A DNA stretch of 62,839 nt, filler included, from Octopus bimaculoides (GCF_001194135.2; 7 parts of 5 records of this genome joined end to end with filler, not necessarily neighbours in it); one strand, 5' to 3'. Positions 26,119 to 37,388 are shown, numbered from the whole stretch's first letter. Made by a program: numbers and translations. Notes: generated by a model not told the origin, from the sequence alone.

Positions 26119-26228
26119 TTATCAATCTATCCATTTATCTACCTATCTATCTCTCTATCGATCGATCGATCGAAGTCTATGTGTGTCTGTCGGTCTCTCT
26201 ATGCAAACGTTCTTACGCACACACACAC

Positions 26229-26268
<40 letters not shown>

Positions 26269-26888
26269 ATACATACATATACACACACACATTCATACAC
26301 ACATATACATAGATGCACAAACATTGGTACATACAAACAACCGAGTTAATGGAAATTAAAACCGACGTAGCGTTATAGATATTATTGTGGTTATAGACAC
26401 TTTGAGGTTATTATATCTCAGTAATAGGAATGCTATAGTTAAAGTGTGACAATATCGATATCACAACTAGCCACTCTCCCCTTTGTATTTCCGTCACTCT
26501 GTCATCTGAAGCACGTATATGCATAAATGTTATGATGATGATAAATATAAATATGATGAATGCCTCCACGGTTGGCGTGATACAGAGACACACTCATGGA
26601 GTCACATGCAGACGCACACTTCGACATACACACACATAGATATGTGTTTGTAGGTATATGTATATATATGTACGTATATGTTCATGCTTGTCTTTAACGA
26701 TGTGTAAATATGTGTGTATGTGTGTGTGTGTGTGTGCGTACGTGTGTTTATTCTTACATGTATATATATTTGTATGTATCTATATATATTTGTATATGTA
26801 TGCATGTATATGTATATATGAGTCTCTATGTATACATAGTTAAGTAAAGCAAGCTTATACTCACACAAGGATATCTATACATACATAC

Positions 26889-26939
<51 letters not shown>

Positions 26940-27895
26940 NNNNNNNNNNNNNNNNNNNNNNNNNNNNNNNNNNNNNNNNNNNNNNNNNNNNNNNNNNNNN
27001 NNNNNNNNNNNNNNNNNNNNNNNNNNNNNNNNNNNNNNNNNNNNNNNNNNNNNNNNNNNNNNNNNNNNNNNNNNNNNNNNNNNNNNNNNNNNNNNNNNNN
27101 NNNNNNNNNNNNNNNNNNNNNNNNNNNNNNNNNNNNNNNNNNNNNNNNNNNNNNNNNNNNNNNNNNNNNNNNNNNNNNNNNNNNNNNNNNNNNNNNNNNN
27201 NNNNNNNNNNNNNNNNNNNNNNNNNNNNNNNNNNNNNNNNNNNNNNNNNNNNNNNNNNNNNNNNNNNNNNNNNNNNNNNNNNNNNNNNNNNNNNNNNNNN
27301 NNNNNNNNNNNNNNNNNNNNNNNNNNNNNNNNNNNNNNNNNNNNNNNNNNNNNNNNNNNNNNNNNNNNNNNNNNNNNNNNNNNNNNNNNNNNNNNNNNNN
27401 NNNNNNNNNNNNNNNNNNNNNNNNNNNNNNNNNNNNNNNNNNNNNNNNNNNNNNNNNNNNNNNNNNNNNNNNNNNNNNNNNNNNNNNNNNNNNNNNNNNN
27501 NNNNNNNNNNNNNNNNNNNNNNNNNNNNNNNNNNNNNNNNNNNNNNNNNNNNNNNNNNNNNNNNNNNNNNNNNNNNNNNNNNNNNNNNNNNNNNNNNNNN
27601 NNNNNNNNNNNNNNNNNNNNNNNNNNNNNNNNNNNNNNNNNNNNNNNNNNNNNNNNNNNNNNNNNNNNNNNNNNNNNNNNNNNNNNNNNNNNNNNNNNNN
27701 NNNNNNNNNNNNNNNNNNNNNNNNNNNNNNNNNNNNNNNNNNNNNNNNNNNNNNNNNNNNNNNNNNNNNNNNNNNNNNNNNNNNNNNNNNNNNNNNNNNN
27801 NNNNNNNNNNNNNNNNNNNNNNNNNNNNNNNNNNNNNNNNNNNNNNNNNNNNNNNNNNNNNNNNNNNNNNNTATATATACACATATATATATGCG

Positions 27896-27926
<31 letters not shown>

Positions 27927-28971
27927 ATGCACACATAACCACAATATCACTACAAGGTCATTATTGATTCCAACTCTACAGACGTTAGATGAGATCCGGT
28001 TAGATTGAATTCTCGATGTTTCGGTTGGTAAACACCCAAGAAATCCTGTTTTTGAGCAAGACTGAATTTTTAGTATTTCCATCGTTGCTGAGATTTTCTC
28101 GCCACATGCGTCTGTTTAAACCAGAAAGAGACAGATTTAGACAACCCGTTGGATTGATTTTCTGTCGTTATTAATGCTCTCGAGTTGAAGGCTGTATCGT
28201 GCATTTGACGGTTGATATTGAACAAGAAATAATTGCGATTTGTCCGTGGATTGCTATTTTTATGGTAAAGAGGACTTTGCAAAGATATGACATACAGTAA
28301 GAGAGTTTATTCTGGTTGAATTACGAAGTTTTACGGTGAAAATTATTCCCGATAACGTCATAAAGAGAAAATTTTTATTGCCTGCTCGAAAATTTCGGTG
28401 GCTACGTAACGATCTGGAACTACTCAGATAAACACGGAATGCAACTTCTTGCTCCATCGATGTATGGGAATGCTCTGCTTTCGATTATCGAAACCATACA
28501 AACGTCTCCATTTTCCGTTTCCCTTTATTCCCAGGCATATTACAATATAAGTGTAGGATTTAGCTCTGTTTCCCGATTCAATCTACCGTTGTTATGCTAG
28601 CTTTGTATAACACTGCATTGAAGAGGCAGGTTCCATTAAATGAACAGTCTTCTGAAGTAGGAAACCAGCTGTTGCGGGCGCAGATTTGCTGGGGGTGTGA
28701 TCTAGATAATATAGGATAATATGAGATCTGGGAAACGAAGTTGCCCACACAACAAACAATAGTACGCACCAGCGATAACAAGATTTTTGTTTTGGATTGG
28801 TGTATTTGTGATATTTATGTGTAGTTGGGAAATGAATATATGCCATGGAGAGAAACATACTAGCTATGTTGATAGTTACGTTCGTTTTATATAGGGGGCT
28901 GTACTAATTTTTTCACGTGATTACTTTTTGCTATCATATGGGCTATATTTCTCGACTACTATTTATTCCTT

Positions 28972-29627
28972 GGAGGCGCAATGGCCCAGTGGTTAGGGCA
29001 GCGGACTCGTGGTCATAGGATCGCGGTTTCGATTCCCAGACCGGGCGTTGTGAGTGTTTATTGAGCCAAAGCACCTAAAGCTCCACGAGGCTCCGGCAGG
29101 GGATGGTGGCGAACCCTGCTGTACTCTTTCACCACAACTTTCTCTCACTCTTACTTCCTGTTTCTGTTGTACCTGTAATTCAAAGGGTCAGCCTTGTCAC
29201 ACTGTGTCGCGCTGAATATCCCCGAGAACTACGTTAAGGGTACACGTGTCTGTGGAGTNNNNNNNNNNNNNNNNNNNNNNNNNNNNNNNNNNNNNNNNNN
29301 NNNNNNNNNNNNNNNNNNNNNNNNNNNNNNNNNNNNNNNNNNNNNNNNNNNNNNNNNNNNNNNNNNNNNNNNNNNNNNNNNNNNNNNNNNNNNNNNNNNN
29401 NNNNNNNNNNNNNNNNNNNNNNNNNNNNNNNNNNNNNNNNNNNNNNNNNNNNNNNNNNNNNNNNNNNNNNNNNNNNNNNNNNNNNNNNNNNNNNNNNNNN
29501 NNNNNNNNNNNNNNNNNNNNNNNNNNNNNNNNNNNNNNNNNNNNNNNNNNNNNNNNNNNNNNNNNNNNNNNNNNNNNNNNNNNNNNNNNNNNNNNNNNNN
29601 NNNNNNNAAGCGACGGAGTGCCAACAA
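28972..29627 (+). mobile_element. SINE family R (interrupted by an N gap)
   Basis: Near-identical to 7604-7986 on both sides of the gap. Confidence 0.9.
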
Positions 29628-29714
29628 TTTTTTCCTTAGATCCACTTCTTGTCAATGCATCATTATGAAACAGTAAGGCACGGTTGGGAACCTCACTGCT
29701 AAAGGAGACTTTGG

Positions 29715-29955
29715 GATGCCAAGTACGACAGACCTTCTACGCAGTCACTCGACCTGGTAGAAAAAGCAGCTAAATCTCTCCAAAGCCACACTATGCCGTT
29801 TTTAAAAAGAAAAAGAAAGAAACAAAACAAAAACAACAACATAAAAACACATCGGGTATGGTATCCATGGCTTCTCTGCACATATGGAAAAGACGTGATG
29901 GTCACAACTGGAATACCTATGATCAAAGATTTGTTCACGTAAGGTATGACCTGTG
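29715..29955 (-). repeat. Bipartite dispersed repeat, local family E
   Basis: Block 1 (CAGGTCA...TGATCA.AGG.ATTCCAG..GTGACCATC.CGTCTTTT) and block 2 (GAGATTT.GCTGCT.TTTCTA.CAGGTCGAG). Related copies at about 3905-3980, 23215-23350, 34285-34508 and 56055-56100. Confidence 0.55.
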
Positions 29956-30137
29956 ATCAAACAACAACAACAGCAACAACAATAACAACCCTAATAATAA
30001 CGAGGGTGTTGATTGAAGTTTTCATGTACGTGTATATTTTCCTCATTTGGTTTTCTGAAGCAGCAGCGTCTGTTCGAAGTCACATCGAGCGCCTGGTCGG
30101 AAATGCCAACTATTCTTAGAATATTCAATATGTATGT

Positions 30138-30175
<38 letters not shown>

Positions 30176-30177
<2 letters not shown>

Positions 30178-30713
30178 ATACGCGCCTTCACTCCACAATC
30201 ATTGTTAGCACTAAATTATAAAAATCTGAACCAATATATCTATCTATCTATCTATCTATCTATNNNNNNNNNNNNNNNNNNNNNNNNNNNNNNNNNNNNN
30301 NNNNNNNNNNNNNNNNNNNNNNNNNNNNNNNNNNNNNNNNNNNNNNNNNNNNNNNNNNNNNNNNNNNNNNNNNNNNNNNNNNNNNNNNNNNNNNNNNNNN
30401 NNNNNNNNNNNNNNNNNNNNNNNNNNNNNNNNNNNNNNNNNNNNNNNNNNNNNNNNNNNNNNNNNNNNNNNNNNNNNNNNNNNNNNNNNNNNNNNNNNNN
30501 NNNNNNNNNNNNNNNNNNNNNNNNNNNNNNNNNNNNNNNNNNNNNNNNNNNNNNNNNNNNNNNNNNNNNNNNNNNNNNNNNNNNNNNNNNNNNNNNNNNN
30601 NNNNNNNNNNNNNNNNNNNNNNNNNNNNNNNNNNNNNNNNNNNNNNNNNNNNNNNNNNNNNNNNNNNNNNNNNNNNNNNNNNNNNNNNNNNNNNNNNNNN
30701 NNNNNNNNNNNNN

Positions 30714-30748
<35 letters not shown>

Positions 30749-30873
30749 ATCGATCTACACTTATATACGTATGCAGATGTGTGTATTTATATGTAAGTAT
30801 TTATATATATAAATATGTATGTATGTAAGTATGTATGTATGTATAGATGTGTATGCATGTATGCATGTATATA

Positions 30874-30955
<82 letters not shown>

Positions 30956-31468
30956 TAGATATAGATATATATATATATATATGTACGTATACATGTATGT
31001 ATATATATATATGTGTGTGTGTGTGTATGTATGTATATACTGTTGTGTCTGGGGAATGTCATTCTCTTTTAGTACATTATGATTTAACACACACACCGGT
31101 AAAATTTCCACTCATTTATTTTTCTATAATTTTCGTTGCATTTTGCGACTTTTTTAAATAGTTGTTGACTCTCAACAACTTTTGAAAAGGTTGGAAGACG
31201 CATCGAAAAATTTAGAAAAATTAATAAGTAAACGAGTGGAAATTTTACCAGTGAGTGTGTTAAATTATAAGGCATTAAAAGAAAATGACTCAACCCAGAC
31301 ACAAGAGAATATGCTTCGACACACGAACTCACATAAAGAATCTTGCAAACCAAAGCCCCAAATTATATATATATGTATATGTATGTATGTATGTATAGAT
31401 AGATAGATAAATACGCGCCTTCACTCCACAATCATTGTTAGCACTAAATTATAAAAATCTGAACCAAT
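30176..31468 (+). repeat. Identical 60-bp direct duplication flanking an N gap (30176-30235 and 31409-31468)
   Basis: AAATACGCGCCTTCACTCCACAATCATTGTTAGCACTAAATTATAAAAATCTGAACCAAT occurs twice, each copy preceded by TATG then (GATA)n. Confidence 0.9.
31043..31304. mobile_element. Foldback MITE-like element (about 90-bp imperfect arms)
   Basis: TTGTGTCTGGGGAATGTCATTCTCTTTTAG...ACCGGTAAAATTTCCACTCATTTA pairs with TAAACGAGTGGAAATTTTACCAGT...AAAAGAAAATGACTCAACCCAGACACAA. Confidence 0.82.
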
Positions 31469-31975
31469 GATTTTAAATAAATTAGTGGCGCAAAGCTTCA
31501 GCCTTGCGCCACTAATATTCTTGGAGATGGTCATATGTAATTTAATGGGACTTTGTAATTTTGTCGTTAATTCATTTTATTAACCCACAAAGGGTGAAAA
31601 GCGAACTCCTCTCTGGTAGGATTTGAACGCAAATAGGCGTAACTAAATACTGCAGAACAGTTTACTCGGCTTTCTTTTGTTCGATGCATTACAAATTCAT
31701 TTATTCAACCGCCATTCTGTCAAATGCCCTGCCAGTTTTACCTGTCGATTATTGTTTGAGTCAAACGTTCTCTTGAATTTGTTAATTCACCGCCATTTTG
31801 TGAGGCATTCTACAGATCTGTCAATATGCCACCGTTTTGTTCAGTGTTCTACCGTTTCTACCAATTCACCGGTCTCTGATTTTTATTTCTTACCTAGACA
31901 AATGGCAACACATTTGATTGAATCAGGGCGTGCGTTTCGCTGGCATTTTATTCTGTTACCAATGTAGAGAATAAT

Positions 31976-32189
31976 GGTTTTCAAATTTTGGCACAAGGCC
32001 AGTAAGATCAGAGGAGAGGGTAGGTAGCTTATATCGACCCTGGTGATCAAATGATTCTTCTTTTATCGACATCGAAGGGATGAAATGCAAAGTCGGCCTT
32101 GGCGGAATTTGAACTCAGAACGTAAAGACGGACGAAATGCCATCAAGCATTTGACCCGGTGTGCAAACGATTGCGCATGCTCACCGCTT
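31976..32189 (-). mobile_element. SINE family M
   Basis: Reverse-complement match to the M head, core and tail. Confidence 0.85.
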
Positions 32190-32789
32190 TACCAACGTCG
32201 ATAATATCGACAATTTAATTCATACTGGGGTTTCAAACTGGTATCCTATGGATATCTAGTTATCATAGAAAAAGAAATAGACAGACCGATAGTCAGAAAG
32301 ATATATATATATATATATATANNNNNNNNNNNNNNNNNNNNNNNNNNNNNNNNNNNNNNNNNNNNTTAATTAATTAANNNNNNNNNNNNNNNNNNNNNNN
32401 NNNNNNNNNNNNNNNNNNNNNCACACACACACATATATATATATATGCATATATACACACAAATATTCTATAATTATAAACATAATTATAATTAGGGGTC
32501 AGCTAATTGCTTCACCACGCACCGAATTTAGAAATAGGGGTTAAAACTCCTTTTCTGCACCATAAAGATCTCCCAGACGGTAACACACATTTTTTTATGT
32601 AGGCAAAAAGAAATTAAAATTTACTCCCTGATCGAAAACTGCAGTTTCTGCGGGATTGCTCGTAACATACACGTAGGTATTAAGGATAAATACGTGTTCA
32701 CATTCGGCTGTATATTTTGGGAAGTGTTGGATGAATATCAGTTATGTGATGGCGCTCGATCGCGTACATATTTAATCCTAGCACTCTCA

Positions 32790-33057
32790 AATTTATATTA
32801 TTTACATTATTTACATTTGACGGATATTCGTCCTCATCTTGTTTGTTGTTAACACAACGTTTCGGCTGATATACCCTCCAGCCTTCGTCAGGTGTCTTGG
32901 GGAAATTTCGAACCTGGGTTCTCATTCCTATCGATGTTACTATTATTATTATATCATTATTATATTATTATTATATTATTATTATCATTACTATTATTAA
33001 TCAGGTCGCTGCCGTGAATCGAACTCGGAACCTTGGGGTTAGTAGCCCGCGCTCTTA
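32790..33057 (-). mobile_element. Non-autonomous element: tRNA-like head + (AAT)n + hammerhead-containing body + short tandem tail
   Basis: Minus strand reads TAAGAGCGCGGGCTACTAACCCCAAGGTTCCGAGTTCGATTCACGG (anticodon arm and T arm/B box), an AAT tract, the HHR motif, then AATGTAAAT repeats. Confidence 0.75.
32851..32896 (-). ncRNA. Minimal type I hammerhead ribozyme motif (Penelope-like-element type)
   Basis: GACAC-CUGACGA-A-GGCUG(GAGGGUAUAU)CAGCC-GAAAC-GUU/GUGUU: 5-bp stem I, 5-bp stem II, palindromic ACGU stem III, one extra A after A9. Confidence 0.75.
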
Positions 33058-33093
33058 AATATAGAACTGTATTCTCAATTTTATATTTGAAAT

Positions 33094-33157
33094 GCTGCAC
33101 TGAAGAGGTGAAATAAGTAAATATAACTCTACTTTAATCCCGAAACGCGTATTTAGC
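33094..33157 (+). ncRNA. Minimal type I hammerhead ribozyme motif, canonical core, partly decayed stems
   Basis: GCUGCA-CUGAAGA-GG...AAGUA...UACUU...CC-GAAAC-GC-GUA/UUUAGC: palindromic ACGCGU stem III, stem I 5 of 6 paired. Confidence 0.65.
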
Positions 33158-33727
33158 TAATCTGAGTCGTGTGGGTTCGTTATTTTTTATTTTTGCCTAC
33201 GTAAAAATGTGTGTTACTGTATGGGAGATGTTTATGGTAGTAGAAACGGCATTTAACTCCTATTTCTAAATTCGGTGAGTGGCGAAGCAATTAGCTGACC
33301 GCTAATTAATAATTATGTTTATAATTATAGAATATTTGTATAATTTACGTGAAAAGTTTACCTGAAGTTTATGATGATGATGACGATGGTGGTGGTGGTG
33401 GGGACATAGATATGTTGTTGCTGTTGTCGTTGTTGTCGTCGTCTTCGCCGTTGCCACTGCCGTTACCGTATCCGTCTCCGACATCGTCGTCGTCGACGGT
33501 ATTATTAAAACTGACGATGCGGTGATGGCGACAGTACCAGGCAGACAGCAAAGAACCAGAACCCCGATATAACAACGACAGCAGCAGCAGCAGCAGCAGC
33601 AGCAGCTGCACCAGCAACAACTATAACAACAACAACAACGACAACAACAGCAACACCAACAAGATAATTTGTAAGAATAGCTGTGTAGCCTCCATATTGT
33701 ACCACTCCCTTCTCTTATTTGCTTACA

Positions 33728-33798
<71 letters not shown>

Positions 33799-33825
33799 TA
33801 ATAATAACAATAATAATAACAATAG

Positions 33826-35101
33826 TGAAAAGAAAACAACAAATCGTGTGTAAATATAAAATGCATTATAATAAAGATACCAACAAAAATATGAAAAAGA
33901 AAGAAATTTCGTTCCGTGTTGGTTTTTAAGACAACATATTGCAGCAGAATGTGTATTGTCGGCTTTGCCTGTGACTGCTACCCTCTCTGGAGAGATGCAA
34001 TGCCATTATGATTAGTGTTGTGAGTGGTGGTAAGAGTAGTGGTGAGGGTGGTGGTTACAGCGTGTTTGAGACAAGGTACGGCGACATATGGCGGCGTATA
34101 ACTCTCACAGGAGATCTCGGCAGAAGGGGGAGCCGGGAGGAAAAGAGGAAGGAGAGTGTAGGGGAAGAAGGAATTAAGAACGAGAAGAAAATAGGATCGT
34201 GTTTGTGGTATTGGTGTTGTTGGTGTTATTGTTGTTTGTGGTGGTAGTGGTGTAAATTTTGTTGTTGTCATTTCCTGTTTGTTGTTTAGCCCTAGGTCAA
34301 ACAGGTCCACGCAGATTTATGATTGACCAAAGGCGAATTCCTGTCGTGGCTATCACGTCCAGTCTCGACTTATTCTATATTCAGATCTTACATTATTCGA
34401 TGCATCCTTATTCATATTGAAAAACAAACAAACAGTAGTGTAGTTATTTGACTGTGATTTGGCTGCTATTTCTAGAAGATTGGTTGACCACTGATATGCT
34501 CCCTCGCTGGTTCGGGGGTGAAAACGTTCGTGAACTTGTTTAAACGCTGTTGTTGTTGTTGCTGTTGTTGTTGTTGTTGTTGTTGTNNNNNNNNNNNNNN
34601 NNNNNNNNNNNNNNNNNNNNNNNNNNNNNNNNNNNNNNNNNNNNNNNNNNNNNNNNNNNNNNNNNNNNNNNNNNNNNNNNNNNNNNNNNNNNNNNNNNNN
34701 NNNNNNNNNNNNNNNNNNNNNNNNNNNNNNNNNNNNNNNNNNNNNNNNNNNNNNNNNNNNNNNNNNNNNNNNNNNNNNNNNNNNNNNNNNNNNNNNNNNN
34801 NNNNNNNNNNNNNNNNNNNNNNNNNNNNNNNNNNNNNNNNNNNNNNNNNNNNNNNNNNNNNNNNNNNNNNNNNNNNNNNNNNNNNNNNNNNNNNNNNNNN
34901 NNNNNNNNNNNNNNNNNNNNNNNNNNNNNNNNNNNNNNNNNNNNNNNNNNNNNNNNNNNNNNNNNNNNNNNNNNNNNNNNNNNNNNNNNNNNNNNNNNNN
35001 NNNNNNNNNNNNNNNNNNNNNNNNNNNNNNNNNNNNNNNNNNNNNNNNNNNNNNNNNNNNNNNNNNNNNNNNNNNNNNNNNACAACAACAACAACAACAA
35101 C

Positions 35102-35148
<47 letters not shown>

Positions 35149-35347
35149 ATAATAATGATGATGATAATAATAGTAATAATAATGAAAAGAAAAAACAAAT
35201 CATGTGTAAATATAAAATGCATTATAATAAAGATGCCAATAAAAATATGAAAAAAGAAAGAAATTTCGTTCCGTGTTGGTTTTTAAGGCAACATATTGTA
35301 GCAGAATGTGTGTTGTCGTCTTTGCCTGTGACTGCTACCCTCTCTGG
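33826..35347 (+). repeat. About 165-bp diverged direct duplication across an N gap (33826-33990 and 35183-35347)
   Basis: Both copies follow (AAT)n, are roughly 90% identical and diverge after CTACCCTCTCTGG. Confidence 0.88.
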
Positions 35348-35511
35348 GGTCACAACAACCACAGCACAACCCCAAGGAACGCAACCAACTTTCCTTTCTC
35401 ATTTCCATAACAACACTGGACAATCACTCTCAAAATTAAAACTAGTTCTGTGAATATCTCCGGCGTTCTTCGAGTCTTAGGAATAATTATTTAGTTTGGC
35501 ACTCTTTCTGT

Positions 35512-35666
35512 TTACAGTTGGCTGGTTTTTGGTAAGCTCGGTTGGTCATAGCTTGTTATCGTCGCTTCGGACTGGCTTTTGTTCTTTGCCTTTAGGGGTT
35601 TGCGACCCGTGCGTGGTTGGATAGGTGGCGCTGGTGCATGGTTGGGAATTCTATTGCGGTGATCCT
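35512..35666 (-). CDS. Candidate terminal coding exon on the minus strand (alternative reading of this GC-richer island)
   Basis: Branch-like TACTGAT, acceptor TTTACCATCTCCACAG, then an open frame DHRNRIPNHAPAPPIQPRTGRKPLKAKNKSQSEATITSYDQPSLPKTSQL*. No homology recognised. Confidence 0.3.
35518..35531 (+). CDS. Candidate 14-nt microexon D (or start of a terminal exon LAGFW*)
   Basis: Acceptor CTCTTTCTGTTTACAG, donor TG|GTAAGC. A phase-0 start extends exon C to IVDFG-LAGF. Confidence 0.35.
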
Positions 35667-36607
35667 CTGTGGAGATGGTAAACATCAGTAATAAACGTAC
35701 TTCAAACGCCGAACAAGATGATGGCTTCGGCGGTGGCGTCGCCGGCACCGTCGATATTGTCGTCAGCGTCCTTGCCGTCGTCGTCGTCGTCGTCAAGTTG
35801 ATAATAAAATCATGTCGGTGATGATGATGATGCTGCTGCTGATGATGATGGCACTCACTACTACCACCACAAGTACCAGGAGCACTACCAAACCACGACT
35901 ACGGCCGTGCCCTCAATCTCGCCAGTGATGCCGGCAATAACCTCAACGTTAACGATCGTCACACGGTGGTGGTGGTGGTGGTGGTATGTTGTTGTTGTTG
36001 GTGGTGGTGGTGGAATTAAACATTCACTTCTCATCAGCTTCGCATTCATTCGACATTCAGTTGTCATCATTGTGGCATTCATTTGACATTCGTCCGTCGT
36101 ATTTGTAAGTTTGACAGTCATTTGACATTCACTTATTTTTATTTTTTTCACTTGACATTTTGCGAACATTTTGACATTCGAATATATTGACTTCCATATC
36201 ATTTTATTTGTCACCATTTTGTCATTCGTTGGACATAAATTTGTCATGAATTTAATATACATTTAACATTTATTTGTTATCAGTTTGACATTCTGTTTGA
36301 CTCGCATTTCCCACCATTTCGAAATTCCTTTCCCACTTATAAAATACATCACATATCGTAACAACCTGCTTGTCATCAGTTTTTTGGACAAATCGTCAAA
36401 TGATATTTTGTATTCCCCCTTTCGAAATGCATTTTCTGCGGTCCTTTGATCAACATTCACTAAATATTTGAAATTCATTTGAAAATATCCACCACCACCA
36501 CCACCACCACCGACGTCATCGTCATCATCATCATCATCATCATCATCATCACCATCATCGTTTGTCACTGTCGTTCTAGTCTCCCTTCCTTCTCATCTTC
36601 GTCTTTC

Positions 36608-36820
36608 AAGCAGCGAACCAGCAAAAACCGTTAGCATTGAGAACGAAATGCTTCGCGGTATTTAGCCCGTCGCTACGTTCCGAGTTCAAATTCCGTCCAA
36701 GTCGACTTTGCGCATTCTATCCTTTCGGGGTCGATAAAATAAGTACCAGTTAAACACTGGGGTCGATGTAATCGACTCATCCCGTCCTCCCCCAAACTAC
36801 TCCCTGTGGCAGAAATTCAT
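36608..36820 (+). mobile_element. SINE family M
   Basis: Contains GAGTTCAAATTCC and TCCTTTCGGGGTCGATAAAATAAGTACCAGTTAAACACTGGGGTCGATG. Confidence 0.88.
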
Positions 36821-36962
36821 TTGACAATATTTGACAGCTTATATAAAATTTTACTTCAAGATATCAAAATATTGTGAAGTTTATAGACGACAACCTCGAA
36901 GATAGACCTATGGTAACCTAAAAAATTCTGTATGAAGTGTCAAGCGTCAAAGGGGTCGCATA

Positions 36963-37068
36963 GCAGCGTGAAATGAAGGGTTTTGGTCAAGAACACAAGG
37001 CACCACCCGGTCTAGGAATTGAAACTATGATCTCACGATCGTCAGTGCAACAGCCTACCGCATGGCCA
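36963..37068 (-). mobile_element. Head of SINE family T (tRNA + CORE-like block)
   Basis: Reverse complement TGGCCATGCGGTAGGCTG...GTTTCAATTCC...TGTGTTCTTGACCAAAACCCTTCATTTCACGCTG, related to the heads at 39375 and 42785. Confidence 0.65.
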
Positions 37069-37122
37069 TTCTCCATCATACATACATACATACATACATA
37101 CATACATACATACATACATTCA

Positions 37123-37350
37123 TACTGGTGGAATTTCCCAGTGAAGACCTCAATGAAATGTAAGCGCAACAGACCTGATATAATGATCTGGGATAGAGAA
37201 GAGAAACTGTGCACAGTTGTGGAAATTAGCTGCACAGCTAACATAAAGCTGAATATCAGTGAAAAAGAGAACTATTGAGAAATCTGCAGTTATTCTATCC
37301 AGATTACAAGTTCAGGTTTATAGCTGTAATTATTGGGGTTCTGAGATGTA
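37123..37350 (+). mobile_element. 5'-truncated R4-clade RLE fragment (second family), directly after (CATA)n
   Basis: YWWNFPVKTSMKCKRNRPDIMIWDREEKLCTVVEISC...NISEKENY, then a 13-bp deletion relative to the 50685 copy, then RNLQLFYPDYKFRFIAVIIGVL. Confidence 0.9.
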
Positions 37351-37388
37351 ATTTGCTTTATTATTATCAAAGTGTCTCAAAAACCTGC

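Larger units (their letters stand above)
32490..33307. mobile_element. Composite bounded by about 120-bp inverted arms (32490-32609 and 33190-33307)
   Basis: AATTAGGGGTCAGCTAATTGCTTCACCACGCACCGAATTTAGAAATAGG...GTAGGCAAAAA matches the reverse complement of the right arm with scattered mismatches. Confidence 0.85.

Noticed and set aside
27950-28860. About 900 bp of non-repetitive sequence with short open frames on both strands
   Set aside because: No recognisable protein motif or consistent splice pair; left unassigned.
31898-31963. Strong acceptor followed by QMATHLIESGRAFRWHFILLP
   Set aside because: Weak donor (GTAGAG), and a phase-2 start does not follow the phase-0 end of exon C; no support without RNA data.
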